Shown: positions 61,901-64,000 of the stretch, one piece after another
Layout of the letters: each line of letters starts with the position of its first letter
Numbering within the stretch: position 1 is the first letter of the stretch
Source of the DNA: Rubripirellula sp.
GTDB taxonomy: Bacteria > Planctomycetota > Planctomycetia > Pirellulales > Pirellulaceae
DNA length: 64,000 nucleotides
Reading direction: 5' to 3'
NCBI GenBank assembly: GCA_965216875.1
Contig: OZ244207.1
Coordinates: 5,696,001-5,760,000, forward strand
Notes under the pieces: generated by a model
The model's database searches: none
What the model was told of the DNA's origin: nothing
The model's input: the letters and a program-made list of their open reading frames with translations, nothing else
Position numbers and translations under genes: made by a program

Positions 61901-62292
61901 TTGTCGCCTGCCTTCTTGTTGTCGCCGTGTCGATCGCTTGTGAATGCAACATGCTTGCCGTCGGGACTGTACCGCGGCTGCATATCCCAAGCGACTCCGC
62001 TGGTCAGTTTTTCGGGCGACCGCCCACCCGTCGCCTCGGTCCCATCGGCGCCGGTGATCGGCATGATGTAGAGGTCCCCCAACAGATCGAAAACGATCTC
62101 ATTCCCATCAGGACTGACGTCGACGTTGATCCAAGTCCCTTCGGTCGTATCGATCACTTGCGTGTGTGTCGGGCCGGGCGGCGACTCGATGTTCCACTCC
62201 GCTTTTTCTGAATCCGCTGATTCTTTTTCGTCGGCGATCGCGCAGTGTGCCAGAAGAAAACAGGCCGCAGTAACGAGGGTTTTGACGTACAT
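58927..62292 (-). CDS. amidohydrolase with N-terminal PD40/TolB-like beta-propellers
   Basis: Many SPDG repeats; PGFVDAHAH, FGVTT, GHGQ, GSIETGKLADL; signal peptide. Confidence 0.92.
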   Translation of the reverse strand: MYVKTLVTAACFLLAHCAIADEKESADSEKAEWNIESPPGPTHTQVIDTTEGTWINVDVSPDGNEIVFDLLGDLYIMPITGADGTEATGGRSPEKLTSGVAWDMQPRYSPDGKHVAFTSDRHGDNKKAGDNLWYVTADGESFTQVTTETFRLISGPAWTPDGKYLVGRKHFTSRRSLGAGEMWLFHRDAVELKATGGLQLTKRPNDQKDVNEPIYSPDGRYLYYSQDATPGDTFEYDKDSHKGIYVIKRLDLEKGETETLISGPGGACRPTPSPDGKTIAFVRRVGAKTGLHLFDIESGAVRLVYDLLERDMQEAWAIHGVYSAFDWTPDGKSIVVWAKGKIRNIDVESGEAKEIPFHIKDDRKITRSLRFPIPVGEDEFDVKMLRWTAVAPAGDRVAFQALGHIYVRDLPDGQPKRLTNQTDHFEFYPSFSRDGRYLVYSTWDDQSLGSIRVASVDPDASENWIVTSQPGHYINPCFSPDGETVVYEKKSGGYLTSPLWSRETGIYRIAARGGTAERVSASGANPQFASANDRVFFTKQNSDNDADNRKLCSMNLDGGEVREHYTSQWATDYRISPDRKWIAFIERFNVYIAPFVDTGTSISVGPQASGLPVQKVSAEAGDFIHFSGDSQRLHWALGPTLYTWHLGQQQTKQNAAEETGEANKAKEEDEPKPESVAIGFKHAHAKPTGSVAIVGAKIVTMGEAGVIENGTIVIEGNRITAVGPANKVKPPQDAYVINAKGQVVIPGFVDAHAHGPQAASGLTPQQSWVDMARLAFGVTTIHDPSNDTHSIFAASEMTKAGMIAAPRTFSTGKILYGAAGNFKAEIDSLDDAKFHLRRMKAVGAFSVKSYNQPRRDQRQQVVAAARELEMMVVPEGGSTFMHNMTMIVDGHTGIEHTLPVQTAYDDVMDLWRDTGVGYTPTLSVAYGGISGEQYWYETDDLWLHPRLQTFIPPHVLNPRSRRRNKSPKEDYNHIRVAEIAKQVVDDGGLVQAGGHGQLSGICTHWEMWSFVQGGMTPMEALRSGTLHGAKYLGLDGDLGSIETGKLADLIMIKKGADPTENIRHSEKIQLVIANGNVYETNRMNRFGARAPREPFYWEGNPSGISINVTGTLGVGCSCHRN

Positions 62293-62368
62293 GACGCAAG
62301 GCAAGTTGAAAGGCAGGGAGTCGACGGAGCGTCACCACGCGGGGACGCTCGTCATTTCGTGCCCAATT

Positions 62369-64000
62369 CTACTCGCTCGCAGTGTTCACTTCTGCAGTCA
62401 CTTCAGCGTTCACTTCTGCGGCATCAAGAAAGCCGTCTTGGTTTGCATCGAGCCGTTCGAACTGCTCGGCCGTCCCGATAAATTCGCGACGTGAGAGTTC
62501 GCCGTCGTCGTTGGCGTCCATGCTGGTCGCCCATCGAGGCATCTCGACGACCGTTTTTCCCGGCCGATGCTCGAATCGAAATGTTGTATTGTCCTGGCTG
62601 GGATCACCACGTGCGATCTGCAATACAAACACGTCAGTCAAATCGGCTGGTCGCACCGGCATCGTCTCTCGCCGCAGCCGCAATCCAGCGTCGGCGATTT
62701 CGCGTTCGGAAAGCAACAAATTGTGGTCGCAGTCTAGCATCGCAAAAACCGCGTCCGGGAACTCGGCGGCACGACCACGCACCTGCATGCTCCAAAACGG
62801 CTGTGCCCCGCGGCGACCGCTATTGATCTCTTCGAATGTCAGTTTGTCGTCGTCATCTTTGTCGAGTGCCTCGACCGAAAACTCATCGGGCGCGGCGTCT
62901 GGGATTTCGTCCTCTTCGAGGAAGCCATCCGCGTTGGCATCGAACATGTCGAATACTTCTCGCGGCACTTGGTTCTGACCGCTGCGCGCGTCGCGCACCG
63001 TGGCCAAGAACATCAAATTGCCTGACGCAACCGAAACCATGTCGCCGCGACGCGTCTTTGCAATCGCTGCCTCAAGCCCATCTGGAATCGAAACCAGCTC
63101 AACACTCGGCTGGTCCGCGACCTCCGAAAAATCGACTCGAATTCGCAAGTCAGCCGGGATCGTGCGAAGCGTCTTGGCCTCGGTCACCGACACCGTGCCA
63201 TCGCCATCGCCATCAAGTTTCGCGATCAGTTGGTTGTCGATTCCAAAGGGCTCGTTCGCATCGGAGGCATCGATGGAATAGGGCACGAGCGTCCAATCGA
63301 CATAGCCTTCCAAATCCATTGCGACTTCACCGCGACGATTGCTGCGTCGTCGGTTCCATGCTGGATCATTCTCGCTCTGCTCGATCGATGCCTCATCAAG
63401 ACTGATACGTGAATCTGCGTTTTGATCCAATCGCAACAGTGCCACCGCAGCATCGGTGAGTTCTTGATCATCAATCACCCCGTCGTCACTTGAATCGATC
63501 GCATGAAAGATCGGCGACTCACTTCGATTCAAATCGCGATGGTAGTCGGTACCGACCAACCGTAGCGGACCGGCGTAGCCCGAGTTGCGAAAAAGGAACT
63601 TGGCAACCTCCTCGCCTTCCGCCGTTCGATTTCGATTTTGGTCATATCGTCGAATGATCTCTTTGTATTGATTCTTGTTGATGGATTGGTTGCGACCAAA
63701 ACGCTCCGCGTCGCCCTGAACAAAATCAAGCAAATCGTCCCAAGCAAGCCTATCCGATTCGCCACGTGCTTCCGAAACAATCGCATCGACTCGTTGCTCG
63801 TAGTTCTCGGCAAGGGATTTGCCGTCGATCCGAACATCCAAGTCGACCAACAGGAGTCCCTGCGTCGTGGGCAAGAAGAGTCGATGGGCCGGTGGCAGCT
63901 CTTCTGCAACCACTTCTTCCATCGTCTCCTCATCATTCATCGAAGCTTCCGTCCGTTGCTGCTCCGCCGAACCCTCGGGCTCCGGATCGTCAGCAAGCGC
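62369..64000 (-). CDS. multi-EF-hand calcium-binding protein (5' end beyond window)
   Basis: Many DxDxDG loops (DQNADSRIS, DGDGDGTVS, DANADGFLE, DANDDGELS, DANQDGFLD); frame open to the window edge (ALADDPEPEG...). Confidence 0.85.
   Translation of the reverse strand, partial: ALADDPEPEGSAEQQRTEASMNDEETMEEVVAEELPPAHRLFLPTTQGLLLVDLDVRIDGKSLAENYEQRVDAIVSEARGESDRLAWDDLLDFVQGDAERFGRNQSINKNQYKEIIRRYDQNRNRTAEGEEVAKFLFRNSGYAGPLRLVGTDYHRDLNRSESPIFHAIDSSDDGVIDDQELTDAAVALLRLDQNADSRISLDEASIEQSENDPAWNRRRSNRRGEVAMDLEGYVDWTLVPYSIDASDANEPFGIDNQLIAKLDGDGDGTVSVTEAKTLRTIPADLRIRVDFSEVADQPSVELVSIPDGLEAAIAKTRRGDMVSVASGNLMFLATVRDARSGQNQVPREVFDMFDANADGFLEEDEIPDAAPDEFSVEALDKDDDDKLTFEEINSGRRGAQPFWSMQVRGRAAEFPDAVFAMLDCDHNLLLSEREIADAGLRLRRETMPVRPADLTDVFVLQIARGDPSQDNTTFRFEHRPGKTVVEMPRWATSMDANDDGELSRREFIGTAEQFERLDANQDGFLDAAEVNAEVTAEVNTASE

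Overview
A 64-kb stretch of a bacterial chromosome, very probably a marine Planctomycete (Pirellulaceae-like). This is inferred from the PSCyt/DUF1549/DUF1553 + DUF1501 pair, an ECF sigma-Ser/Thr kinase pair, two Cys-type sulfatases and typical planctomycete hypothetical proteins. About 44 CDS can be supported, plus one gene fragment. Housekeeping genes include fabF-like, hemB, ugd, glgA, dapL, rpsT, cobA-hemD, mobA, moeA and a class II DAHP synthase. No rRNA, tRNA, CRISPR array, transposase or phage gene was seen. The most interesting candidate system is at 4.5-12.1 kb: a divergent exopolysaccharide locus with a Wza-like OPX exporter, a TPR protein, an HlyD-type adaptor, a PilZ domain fused to a multi-Cys TackOD1-like zinc domain, and a processive GT2 synthase. 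An HD-GYP/PilZ pair and nucleotide-sugar genes lie just downstream. Other points of note: an HSH-type GalT-like enzyme inside a glycogen cluster; a membrane-anchored pseudokinase; an ECF sigma factor with a His/Asp-rich tail; an orphan Dop/PafA C-terminal fragment; several GTAG-footed REP families, one strongly resembling enterobacterial REPs and two supplying stop codons; a 179-bp tandem duplication; and two sigma54-type promoter motifs. All family calls come from motifs recognised by eye, not from database searches.
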